A stretch of 63,999 nt of DNA, filler included, from Gonapodya sp. JEL0774 (Eukaryota), in assembly GCA_027604505.1 (NCBI GenBank). It is 10 parts of 10 records of this genome, joined end to end, with 100 filler letters (N's around TTAATTAATTAA, not from the genome) between each part and the next. Parts side by side here need not be neighbours in the genome. Positions count along the whole stretch, not along the records: positions 19,602 to 26,020 come from JADIIX010000595.1; positions 26,121 to 32,532 come from JADIIX010000596.1; positions 32,633 to 39,043 come from JADIIX010000597.1; 7 more parts are not named here. One strand, given 5' to 3'. The notes below the pieces were generated by a model that worked only from the letters and a program-made list of their open reading frames with translations, was not told where the DNA came from and made no database searches. Shown here piece by piece: positions 25,488 to 37,296 of this stretch (position 1 is its first letter; every line of letters begins with the position of its first letter). Made by a program: the position numbers and the translations under genes.

Positions 25488-25572
25488 GTTCCGAATGTCA
25501 AAGAAGGGAGAATGGCTCTTCTTATAAGGGAGACGGAGATGCAATGCCACAAACGCTGCGGTTGGACTTGCC

Positions 25573-25611
25573 TTTTTTTTTTAGTTTTTTTTTTTTAAAA
25601 AAAAAAAAAAA
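25573..25611. promoter_or_regulatory. Poly(dT)/poly(dA) palindrome upstream of the HAS-like gene
   Basis: T10-AG-T12-A15, about 85-125 nt upstream of the ATG at 25487. Confidence 0.45.
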
Positions 25612-25646
25612 TTAATTTTATGAACTATATATGCGCTGTCGATACC

Positions 25647-26020
25647 GGATGGGACATGATGAGGATGGGGATGAGGATGGGATCAGACTTTCTGAAACTT
25701 TTCGAAATCCGCATCCGGGATGGGGATGGGGATAAGGATGGGATCAGACATTCTGAAACTTTTCGAAAACGGATGAGGATGAGGGATGAGGATGGGATCA
25801 GACATTCTGAAACTTTTCGAAATCCTCATCCGGGATGGGGATGGGGATGAGGATGGGATCAGACATTCTGAAACTTTTCGAAAACGGATGAGGATGAGGG
25901 ATGAGGATGGGATCAGACTTTCTGAACCTTTTCGAAATCCGCATCCGGGATGGGGATGGGGATAAGGATGGGATCAGACATTCTGAAACTTTTCGAAAAC
26001 GGATGAGGATGAGGGATGAG
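25647..26020. repeat. Tandem repeat with alternating 61/54-bp monomers (115-bp higher-order unit), running off the contig end
   Basis: The core GATCAGAC[AT]TTCTGAA starts at 25681, 25742, 25796, 25857, 25911 and 25972. The linkers are GGGATGAGGAT-type. Confidence 0.95.
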
Positions 26021-26120
26021 NNNNNNNNNNNNNNNNNNNNNNNNNNNNNNNNNNNNNNNNNNNNTTAATTAATTAANNNNNNNNNNNNNNNNNNNNNNNN
26101 NNNNNNNNNNNNNNNNNNNN
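26021..26120. other. Artificial contig spacer
   Basis: N44-TTAATTAATTAA-N44. Confidence 0.99.
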
Positions 26121-26375
26121 CCCTTTGACGATGACGGAACCTGGAGAATAATTTGCGATCGGCGTGGAGTCAGGCGTGGCCGGGGTGAGCTTACAGCATG
26201 GGACCAATCACCGACGTGGCGATCCCTGGCTTTTGAGAGATTCATGCTCAAGGAGGAGAGGCGAGTGGGAACCGCGAACTGCAGGCAATTGCAACCACTT
26301 TCGACATTCGCACACTGACGCTTCGGTGACTTTCAAAGTGGCCTTCAAATCCTGAGCAAGCTCGAATCGTCTGAC

Positions 26376-28275
26376 TTGCCGTCCATGTTTGATATCATGC
26401 AGCGGTGTTTACCCGAGCCCCCAATGGATTCCAATTCATCCGCCGACGAAACACTTTGGGAAGCCTGGCAACTCATACCAGAAGCAAATCGAGAGAGTTT
26501 TGACTCCTTTCTCTTAGACATTGTTAGAGAATGTGTCTGCTCTGTGGACTACCTCACGGTTCAGACGTCGTTACTGAAACAGCCTGAGGTCAGGTTTGCG
26601 CTCGAGTGGACCGCAGAGGCAGGTTGTTTGAGAGGATTAGAAGTGAGGAAGTTTTCTGAAGTGTGGTCAAGAAACTACGAATGAACAACCCTGTTACCCA
26701 AAACCCAAACAGCTTCACAATATCAACCTCACGACTGTGGATCACGCCACCGCACTCCTCTCCTCCGTTCTTCCTCACCTGCAATCGCTCAGCATCAATT
26801 TTGGTAAATTTACGGCCAAAGAGCAGTTTCATAAGCTCATTTATTTGAACGAATCAGATACCGACATTGAACTTCGCTACAACACACTCAGTTCTCTCAC
26901 CCTCGTTTCCACCTCCATTCCCGAGCCTTCAGTATCATTGCTCGCGAAACTCGTCAATAACCTTCAAAATCTCCGTGTCCTCCGCCTCCATGACTGTGAG
27001 CTCAGTGAACCGGATCTTAACCGCGTTCTCGTGAATGCACCTGCCTCCACACTCAAAGTCTTGTATGTTAAAATGTTTCGTAGTTTAATCTCCATAATGT
27101 CTACTCTGACAACTATGATTTTCTTTCTCTCGCCAGGGATATTGCCCATTGTACGGTTGGATCCTCCGCCGGCGGGGCACTCGGGAGTCTCCTCCGTAGA
27201 TCCACGGCTCTGGTCCAGCTTCGCCTCGTTGACTTGCACGAAGAGCGCAGCATGATCAACTTGTCGTTTTGGCAGTTCGTGTTTGATGGCCTGGTGCTCA
27301 ATCAATCAATTGAACGACTCGAATTCGCACAAGTGCCACTTGGACACAACCACTTGATCCAACTGGGCACTGCACTTGGGTCGCACTCCAAGCTGCGAAC
27401 ATTAATAATTAACTCGTGCTACCAAGGGCGAGGGTTCTACTACGACCGATTGGCGATGGATCACTTTTGGGAAAAGTTGGCTCAAAGGGCCGATCATACA
27501 TGGTTGATTGACGAGGTTGTATTCTTGGATTGTTTGTGGTGAGATGATGCACGATTCATTGTGAGCCGAACGTCCCAGTTGCTTATCCATCTGTGATTAT
27601 GCGCCTTCCAGGACTCCCGAGACCGTTCCCAGTGTTCGCACTTTCCTGCAGGCTCCAAACACGGGCCTGCAGCACCTGAGACTCTCTTTTAAGTCATCGA
27701 GCACCCTCACTGAAACATGCACAGCGCTTCTTGCTGCAGTTGCATCTGCGACCCCAACCCTCCACTCTCTGAGTCTCGAACATTCCCATGTCACGGACCA
27801 AATGGTGATGCCTCTGATCGAGAGCATAAGTGACGGGCGCATGGTTTATAGGATTTTGAAGAGCGGACAGAATGTTCTTCCTGCCAACGGGGCCAGCAGT
27901 CCTAGCGTGCGTGATCAAGGGGCACGTGAGAATATCAAGGCCCGGGATCCGGAACGGCGTCCCACTTTCACTGTCGATCTTTCCGGCAATCAACTCACAA
28001 GCCGGACACTACACTCACTCATTACAGCATGGGGCGATTTTCGAGCGTTACCGATCCCGTCCGATCTTGCAGATCTCCCTACCCGTGAACGAACGGCACT
28101 GCTGCGTGTTTACATTCGAGGTGCTAATCTTTTGAAGGAAGACTATGAGGCAGTGGACAATTTCAATGAAGTTAACGGACACTTAGAAGTCGGATGTATG
28201 ATTGAAGCAGGCCACATTCCATCCAGACTGAGGGCGGTTGCTCTCGGAAACGCAGATGGGTTTGACGAAATGTAA
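26376..28275 (+). CDS. RNI-like leucine-rich-repeat protein, multi-exon (boundaries approximate)
   Basis: Successive plus-strand ORFs with LPHLQSLSI, LQNLRVLRLHDCEL, SKLRTLII, GLQHLRLS, TLHSLSLEH and VDLSGNQLT. Confidence 0.65.
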
Positions 28276-28399
28276 TCGATTTGCGCTTATCGCCTTTATT
28301 GATGCAATTACAACATTACCAGTCTCTCCATTCATTATGAGACTGTGTCGGTGTGCATGCTTGTGCTGAACAAATCTCACTTCCTCTCCATCATCCGAT

Positions 28400-30829
28400 C
28401 TCTCCAAACCCGTGCCAAGAGTGTGCATGACAGTTATGTTGGCTGCAATATTAAATCACATTCGATGCGCCTTGTTTTCATTCCTCTTGGCTGTTCCCCA
28501 CACTCGATAAATCTGGAGCCGTACGCGTCTTTCGGTCCTCGAAAGAGCCCCAGTAATGCTCCACCAGAACCAGAGCCGTTGCAAGGCCACATAAGACACA
28601 ACAAATGGCGAAGGCGGGAACATAGCGAGGGGCCCATTCCGATCGGAAGATGAATGTTGAGACAGCCCCACCGATATTCCCTTGATCACAGAAGAGTCCG
28701 CATATTGATTGGTCTTCATTGTACCTCCTCCAGTTTAAGGGTCAAAAGCTTTTAGAGTACTCACCAAATGATCCCATCATACCGCCTGCCACCGCTGTCC
28801 CAGTGGTACCAGAACTCTGAGCGGTTTTTGTTCGCCACGACCACATCAGAGGCATAAAGGACGAAGAACCGCAGCAGGCTACAAAACATGCAAAATAGAG
28901 CTGGAAAAAACCAAATGTCATGGATTAGTTGGAAAGTAATCGCAATAGAAGCATGAATACGTGACCCTCGTGACAAACAACCCACCACACCAGTTCCACC
29001 ACCCCCTGGAGACACTGTGGTGAAGAGGAGAAGCCCGACAAAGAACACACAATTAGCGGTTACGATATGCCCCACGCGCTCTTGGGTGCGGTCTGAATCT
29101 ATACAAAGAGTAATTGTTCATTAGTGGGCAACATCAGAAGCTCGTCAAGGTTACAGAAGGGGAACATACTCCACGTCACTCCGAGAGCGAAAAACCACGC
29201 TACCACCCAGGGAGGCACCGTCATGAGCAGCGCCTGAGTCGATGAGAACCCCATGTTTCGCACAATTGTGGGCAACCAGAATGTAAGAGCATATGCTGCA
29301 ATGGCCCAGCATAGGTACAGCAGATTCATAATGTGTGAATGTGGGTTCGCGAGCAAGGGAAGAACGGATCGTAGGCTAATTGGATTACGGGCCACCGCAG
29401 GTGAAGGTGGTAGTCGGGAGACGAGGAAATCTTTCTCCGCTTGCGAGAGGAATGTGCAAGTGGTCGGATACTATTGGTTGGAGAGGTTTGTAGATATTTG
29501 ACATATGAGTCAAGGAAGGGTTACAATGCGAAGAAAGAGGCACCAACATCTGGGAGAATGAACCAAGTAATTGCTCCACACACGATAGAAGGAATGCCTT
29601 CGACTATAGATAATGATGTGTTTCAGTCAAGGACATACCGACGAGACGTATTTGCTCAAGATATTGCTTTGATCACGTACATAGGAAAATCCATCTCCAT
29701 CCAGACCACCCAGCTGTTCCACTCCTAATATCACCAACAACATCTGGTTCAATTCAGGATTTCTTTTGAAACACTTCTGAGCCACTTACATGAAAGTTAT
29801 ACCGTACGCTATCAGTCCGCCGAAAGCGCCCGCGAGGTTTGCCGAGCAGTAAAACACGGATGCGCGAACCGCATACTCGCGCTGTTGGACGTTTGGAACG
29901 ACTTACCAAAAAGGAGACCGCACCAAAAAACGTAGTTATGATCACCTGTGTGTACCAAAAAGAGAAGTAAAGCATCATTCCCGGAAAGAACCCTATGTGC
30001 CTTGTTTTCCGCTAAGATGTTCTGATCAACCACACGATATGAGAGCGCACTCACCAGCTTCGGCTATGCCGAGAAACAGTCGACACGCCACGAGGCCCGC
30101 CAGATTATTCACAAACGCCATACACATCGCGCAAATGCCTAAATTCAAGGAATGTTCAGAGATCAAACCCACGGCGGATCAGCTGTGAAAACACGACCCA
30201 CTGTGAAGCTCCAGGAAATACATACCCCATGAAAATATGATTCTAGACATCCATTTTCGTGGACCGACGTGTATGAGGATCAGATTTGAAGGTACTTCAA
30301 AAATCACTAGAAATTTTACGGAGGTTGTCAACAGAGCAATGCATTCAACGAAGTGTTCAAGTTCCATCGGTTGGTTTGCTATGATGGCGACTTACCGTAT
30401 CCAACAAAGAACATGGAGATTGCCAACTGCCACTGACCGTCATTCAGTCTTAACTCTGTCAACGGGTCACGAGGGGGCACCGAATCTGAGTTCGCAATTT
30501 TGATAGCCGCCATGTTGGTCCGATCGAGGTAGCTGCAGAGTGTTTCGAGGACATCAACCGACGTGTCCAGCGGATGATCCACACGTCTCGACGATCGAAC
30601 CTGATGGCACCTACTTGAGCAAGTACAGCCATGCGCCCCACGGGACGATTGCAATGTCAACCCTACAGGTCGGATGATCACCGTGTGTAGTAGCATTTTT
30701 ATAAACAGCTTTGATTGGAAAGAATTCCGCTCACTTTCTAATCACAGCCCGTTGATCATCCACTGAGAGCTCTGTGCTGCCGATCTCGGAACCGTTAGAC
30801 GTTTCCTTGTCCATTTTGGAGATTTCCAT
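28400..30829 (-). CDS. MFS transporter, anion:cation symporter (Dal5/Tna1-like), many short exons; 3' end approximate
   Basis: YLDRTN, FFVGY/VIFEVPSN..GPRKWMSRI, RLFLGIAEAG, SFWY, IVEGIPS..WFILPD, FWLPTIVRNMGFS..LMTVPPW. Confidence 0.88.
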
Positions 30830-31414
30830 CCTGATTCTCTGATTTCTCGGCGTGTTTCAGGGTGATCCGATTTTGATAAATGACATAATCATACCAGTTT
30901 TGTGTCATTCCATCGTTCCCTTTTCAAATGCAACCATTCCACTTGCGGACTGGAGATGACCACAAAGGATAAGCGGCGCTGTAGAGCGCCATAGCACGGC
31001 TACCGTGATACTGAACCCCCCCGAGAGTCAGTAGACAGTTGGTAGGACTTTCGAACCAACTGGTACGAGTTGCATGGCAACCATGCATCGGCGCTAACAA
31101 GAAGCGACATTCGCATAGAATGACAGAAAGAATCTTACAGTCCCGACAATTGAAGCTAACCTCAAATTCAAGTCAATACCCTGTCAACCTCCACATACTG
31201 AGCGCGTCCCCCATATCTATGCACTGGGAGGAGGCGATTCCGTGATAGATACATATGCTCCTAATGAGGCGCGTTCTTCTCTTAAATAAATTCGTGGATG
31301 AAATCCAAGGACTCCATACACTCGTGATACGCAGAATTGTTACCATGACTTCCCACGTCACTGTTGATGTTGGTCGGCAACTAGACTGACGGCCACTTCT
31401 CCAATCCCTCCGAA

Positions 31415-32532
31415 ATGGCTGCGCCTGAAACTGCACAACCAAGTGACACCGACATCGAAGATCTCAGCGACAATCAACCGATCCCAGCGCAAGGAATCTT
31501 TACTGCTGGGGACTTAGGTAGCGATAGTCAAATTGATCCAGCGTTTACATCTTCGGAGGAGCTGGGCGGTGAGGAGAGCGGCGCTCGAGATGTTGGGATT
31601 ACTGCAGAATCCGCTAGCGCAGAATCGAGTGCTGCCACCCCAACAGATGGATCTTCTGCCTCAATCACAAGTAACATCGAAGGGGTTACCACCCAGACAC
31701 TGGCGAGCCAGTCCCCTGCGGATATTGAAAACGCTGTCGCAGATGCCGCCTCGGAAACCGTGCTGCCTATGCGAGGAAGCAAAAAGCGGGGAGCTCAGCG
31801 ATCACCCTCGGCACCTGTGTACCAACCTGGACAGAGGACCCGTCTGCATTACCACGAAGACGTAACAAGTCAAAAATGGTACGCCCATAAGAAACACGTA
31901 AGATAAATGGAGCTTCGCGTGTCATTCTGGATCAACAGACTTACTCCACATGACCTACGCCGCAGTTTTTCATCCTCTCAGCGGCGGGCAAACCAATTTA
32001 CTCGCGCTATGGCGATGAGTCAAAGCTGAGCGGTTTCATGGGAGTTATTCAAGCTATTGTGAGCTTTTTTGCAGAGGAAGAAGACGGAATTCGGCAAGTT
32101 CTTCTCCCACTCTGTCTACGTGTTTCCTTTGCCAACGACTTCACGCGATTCCTGTCGTGCAGTTCAATTCACACTCCTACACACACTTTTGTATTTCTTT
32201 TTCGCTGGCCGCTCTACTTCCTCTGTGTCTCCTCCACCCCAGAATCCCCCGCCCAGCTGAGGGACCAGCTCCGAACTTACCACACCCAAATCCTCTCTGT
32301 AATCACCAACGCACAGCTGCAGCGAATATTCACTCAGCGTGCATCGTATGATGTGCGGCATCTTCTCAGCGGTACTGAGATCTTCCTCGACAACCTTCCC
32401 AAAAGCATTCACACCACAGCGAACTATCTTCTTAACGCGATCCCCACACTCCGCTTGAATCCTCAGCTCCGCGCACAACTCGCTTCCATTATGGTTTCCA
32501 CATCGACCATCGCACCTCGTCCGAAATCGCTG
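31415..32532 (+). CDS. MON1: Vacuolar fusion protein Mon1 (Rab7 GEF subunit), 3'-truncated
   Basis: KKH/VFILSAAGKPIYSRYGDE..GVIQAIVSFF, PLYFLCVS..ESPAQLRDQL..QILSVIT, YDVRHLLSGTE. Confidence 0.92.
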
Positions 32533-32632
32533 NNNNNNNNNNNNNNNNNNNNNNNNNNNNNNNNNNNNNNNNNNNNTTAATTAATTAANNNNNNNNNNNN
32601 NNNNNNNNNNNNNNNNNNNNNNNNNNNNNNNN
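32533..32632. other. Artificial contig spacer
   Basis: N44-TTAATTAATTAA-N44. Confidence 0.99.
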
Positions 32633-33094
32633 TCGGCGGATCCATCAGCGGCGTTTTTCTCAAGAGCCGATGTAATGAATTTGAAAAACTCTGCGATAGG
32701 GAGCATCTCGCCGGCCTCTTGGGGACTGTCTTGGACACACGGCGTTTGAGGACGGAGCCGGGACTTGTCTCGCCTGCTGTGGTCCTCCTCAGATGCACAC
32801 CTCCAAAGCACATCTCGATTGGCTCCCATCCAGGAAATCTCTTATAGTTTATACATTCGTCGTGTGAAAATTAAATCGGCATAATAACTTGTAGTGGCCA
32901 AATTGCAAGCGTTAATGCATCCAAAGAGGATGTTCACGTGTTGTTGTATTGCACTATTCAGCAGTTTGAGAATGGTCCCCCGTTTCAGCTCTGTGAGGAT
33001 TTTCGCAACACAGACATCGGACTCTCGAAGGTAATCCTCGACAGGGCGCCTGTTTAATTGCACTTCCGACTCTATTCATCCTCGGTTGACGGCA

Positions 33095-34704
33095 TGGCAA
33101 AAAAGGCACTCCCCCGCGACAACAAAACGAATTAAAAATTAAATGAACGGATGGATGGATGAACGAAGGAATGAAAGAATGGATGAAAGAACAAGGAAGA
33201 CGGCCCACAAAAAACAATTCCCATCACGACAGGGTTGACCCCAGAACCGAATAACCGAAACAACGAACCTCGGCCTTCGACCTCCGACCCTTACGCGCCT
33301 CTATGCCCCCTGCCCCTTGTCTCGCCACCCTTTGCGTCCAGCGTCTCACCCTCCTTCCGCTTCCCGTTCCTTTCCTTTCTTTCCATTTCTCGGCGTGCCG
33401 TACTGTACCCTGTGCGGCGCCGTTCCCCCGACTCACCCCTGAGGACTGGAGGACTGGAGGCATGACAGGGCGAGTCTGGTGGTCGGGCGGTGGATCGGTG
33501 GGGCAGTCAGGTGGTGGGTCGGGATGCGATGCGGCGGATCGGGGAGGGGAACACCTGCGGCGGCACGGGCTGTGCTGGTCACGGTGAGGATTACGCATTC
33601 CGGAATGTAGCATTTTCCATCCACCTCCCACCTCCCCACCCCACCACACCCCCGACCCCCTCGCGCACGCCAGACACCACACCCCATACGCCGTACTCTC
33701 CACTTCTGCACCTCCACCCTTCCCGCCTCCCAGCCCCGGGTATCGAGTTCTAGCGTCGGGCACTGGCGAAATTTCAAATTTTCTTCGGTAGTTGTCACGC
33801 CAAGAGGTCCACGAACACGTGATCCGTGAGCCGTGAGCTGTGAGCAGGTACGGCGTGTGCGCAGGGGTACGGGTTGCGGTGTGCTGGAGGTGCGGGAGGT
33901 GGGGCGGGTGAGCGTCCGGGTCTGAATCGTGCAAGGGGGTGGGAAAATGAGCAGGTGTTGCACTCTAGTGAGTCGCTTGTGGATGTGCGGGAGGTGCGGG
34001 AGGTGTGCCAGGTGAGGGTCAGTGTCGGAAAGGGTGTCGATGGCGGAAGGGACGATCCGTAGGTGGTGGAGTCTCGGGAGTCACTTGTCGCTGTGGGAGG
34101 AAGGCAGAGTGTGCGTGGTGCTGGTGGCCGGTGGGGGGAAGAGGACGACGCGGCGCGGGGTGGGTTGCACCACCTCGGCTCGCTCTGCTGTGCTCATCCC
34201 AAGCAATCCAGGGTCCCTTTCCGATCCCAAGCACACCCCACCCAACCCGACCAGCCGACCACCCTCCCGACCCACCACTCGACGCGACCCACCGGACAAG
34301 CCGTCCCACCTCGAGGACTTTCAGGACTTTCAGGAGTCGGGGGTGAGGGATGAGTCGGGGGAACAGTACGGCCTGGAGGAGGGTACCCGTGGCACCGTAC
34401 GGGACGGCAAGGGGGAGGGGGCGGGGAAATCGACGTGGTGAGCGGAAAGGCAAGCGGCGGAAGGGCGGCACAGGGAGCACGAAACACGAAGGGGGGCGTG
34501 TACAGGTAGAGCGTCGGGGGTCGTTGTTTCCGTGTTCGACTTGTCGCTTTCTTTTGGGGTTTTCGGTTTTGCGGTTTTCGAGTCCACCGTTGTGGATCGT
34601 CTCTTTGGGTCGTCTACATCTGTTCTTTCGCTTCTGTTATGCCTTCATTCATTCATTCTTCTTTCTGTTCTTTCTTGTTGTTGCCGTGGTGTGCCTTTTT
34701 GCCA
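33095..34704. repeat. Diverged long inverted repeat (foldback-like), arms about 33095-33550 and 34220-34704
   Basis: Ends are TGGCAAAAAAGGCAC ... GTGCCTTTTTGCCA. Collinear inverted matches include AACCGAAA, GAAACAACGA, GCCGTACTGT, GTTCCCCCGACTCA and GTGGTGGGTCGGGA. Confidence 0.65.
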
Positions 34705-37296
34705 GGGCCGGGTCCTGGCCGAGTGCGATGGTGATGTGAACCCCTCAGACACTCCCCCACTCCTCATCACCGCCATCCGCATCCCGCACACCAGCACAAT
34801 CGCACAAACACAGAACCACACGGTGGAAAATCCACTCCACTCCAGGCCACTCGTGTGAGCACGTCCACCAGGTTGCTACGGCCGCCCTCCGACCCCGACT
34901 GCAACTTGTCCACCTGTTACGCGTCCACCGGTTCCGTCCCGTCTGGTTTTGTCCTGTCCTGTCCCGTCCCGTCCACTCCCGTCACGTCACGTCACGCCAC
35001 TCCACGTCACGTCAAGTCACCGCCGGTCACGTCCCACGTCACGTCCCACCCGGTCTGTCGGTATGTCTAAATCGGGTTGGTACGTCGGTAAGTCCGTACG
35101 TCGGTGAGTCAGGAGGAGACGAGGGGTGCGGTGCCGGTGGCGGCGGTGTGGCGAGCATTGGCGGTGGTGTGGAGCTCGGTGCGGGTTCAAAGTGGCGAGT
35201 TGCGAGTCTGCGTGTCACAGCACCCCACCAGACCCCGACCCCCGACCATTCCACTCGACCGGACTCTGCGGAACGACCGACTCAGACGTGGACGGGGAGG
35301 GGACCGGGGAGAAAACAAAGCCGGATGACACAAGACCGGCCTCCGGGTCCGCGGTGGGGCGGGAGGCGGAAGGTGGGAGGGAGGGAAGTGCGGGATGGGG
35401 AGGAGCCACGGGCGAGGTGGGAGGTGGCGTGGAGAGGTGGGAGTGGCAAGGATCACGGACACACAGGAGTACAGCACACAGTGCACACGGTCCGGGCCCA
35501 GGACCACACACAAGGAGAGGTGTGGATGGTAGACGCGGATTATGGACGTGGGACGTGCAATGTGGAAGTGTGGAAGGAAGGAAGTGGAGGTGGAAATGCA
35601 GCTGGTGATCGAGGTGGTGCAATGGTGCGATCGTGCATGTGGAAGTTTTCGACGTCCCCGACGTCCCCGACATACTCGACGTGCACGACTAGCGCGAAGG
35701 ATCGGTGTGGGGGAGCGGGACACTACAGACAGACCTCTGTCGGTCCGTCGGTCCGTCGGCGAGTCCGTCATGACGCCACGATACCACCGTCCACCGTCCA
35801 CCGTCCACCGACCACTCTGACTCTGTTTCTGCCGACCAGATCCGTGTCGGTCACGAGCGGCGAGTGGCGAGCGATGGAGGAGAGATTGAAAAGGCTCAAG
35901 TGGGTAGAATAGGAAGGAATGGAACGGGTGTTGGTGTGTGGAGTTGTCGGTTGCTCGGTGTGGGTGTTGGATGTGGCCATTGGAGGAATATGTCTGTGCT
36001 ATGTGAATGTCTGGGGGACAGACATGGCAGCATGAGCGAGTGGGGAGTGTGAGATGGAGAGGGCTGTGGTGGAGGAATCGTGGAGGTGACTTGGGTCAAG
36101 CTGTGGACCACACACAAGAATCCTTGTTACTATGTGATATTTGTACGTCTCCATATCCCGAATTCCGATTCTCTGATTCTCCACTTCAGAAACACTCCTT
36201 CTTTTCGGCATCAGCATTTTCGACTCCTTGAACTGTTTTAGTGCTGCGGCGGAGTTCTCCGTATCTCTTCCCTTCCCCCTCCGATTCGTCCTGTTTCTCC
36301 ACCTTCACCTTCAGTCAACCACGTTCTGAGCGTTCGCATACCGCTTTCCTTGCTCTTGACGCTCAAGTTGATCTTACGCCAACGGACGGCCCAACCAATC
36401 TTTCGGCTGCTTCATGCTTTCCCCTTGTTACACGGTCAATCATCCCTTCTCCAAGCACATACTCGTAGCTTCTGTATTTGGGAGCATAACAAATGAAACT
36501 CTTTGTACGGAAATCGCAGATCAAGTGAATGAAATCACTGGACTTGGACTGGGGCGGTGGTCGTATGCGATCACTGCAGACGACGAAATCACAAAGGAAT
36601 CACGCTTTCGCTCAAATATATCTGGCGAGAACGCTCGAGAATGAAATATTGTCAGTTTCTCGTTTTTCAACTAACTCCCCACTTCCGATACCGAATCAAA
36701 TCTCCCATCATCATGCCGGTGACCTAAATTGTACACATTGACCACCAATGATATCGACGGATCAAATTTCTTACGAGATTGCTGCATAAACAGTGTATTT
36801 CCGTCTGTCAACCGTTCGAAAGAACTTCTCTCTGTCTGCCCCTCGGTCACAGTAGTTCCCGCCGAAATCGTTGATAGGGTGAATTACGTGTACACCAAGC
36901 ACGACCCGGGCAAGCGTTACATAAAGCGAAGCACCCCTCTATTTCCTCCATTTTGATGTTATTTTTGATCCTACGTGAACGTTCCGATCACGCAAATGTA
37001 TCTTCATGAAGGCCAACAACGTCCAAACTTCATCTCTCCCCCGACCTCATTTAAGCTCTGCATCTGTTCACATGCGTGGCATGTCCGAGAACCTTCACTG
37101 ATCCCCCTCTCATCTGACCACCACCACCGCAACCGTCTGTCGTAATTAAAAACATGTCTCTGGGATAACCTCTGGCGTCAACAACTGCACATGGGACGTC
37201 AGCGTGTGTACTTCTGAAAGGCCAAGAAACAGTACCACTGACATTCAAGAATTAGATACACAATAAATATTAAATACGCAAGTTCGCTGCTCCACC

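Noticed and set aside
25647..26020. CRISPR-like array (palindromic core with regular spacing)
   Set aside because: The intervening sequences are themselves repeated (two alternating types) rather than unique spacers. There are no cas genes and the context is eukaryotic.
34685..34710. U5 snRNA loop-I-like GCCTTTT motif
   Set aside because: It lacks the exact GCCUUUUAC loop, a strong stem and an Sm site. It is better explained as the end of the inverted repeat.
33224..35912. Many overlapping 100-250 aa ORFs on both strands
   Set aside because: These are low-complexity GC-rich frames with no domain signal, as expected by chance.
36414..36956. Same-frame ORFs separated by stops (possible readthrough or alternative code)
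   Set aside because: The stops are mixed TGA/TAA and there is no recognisable family. Neighbouring genes use the standard code, so this is at most a decayed relic.
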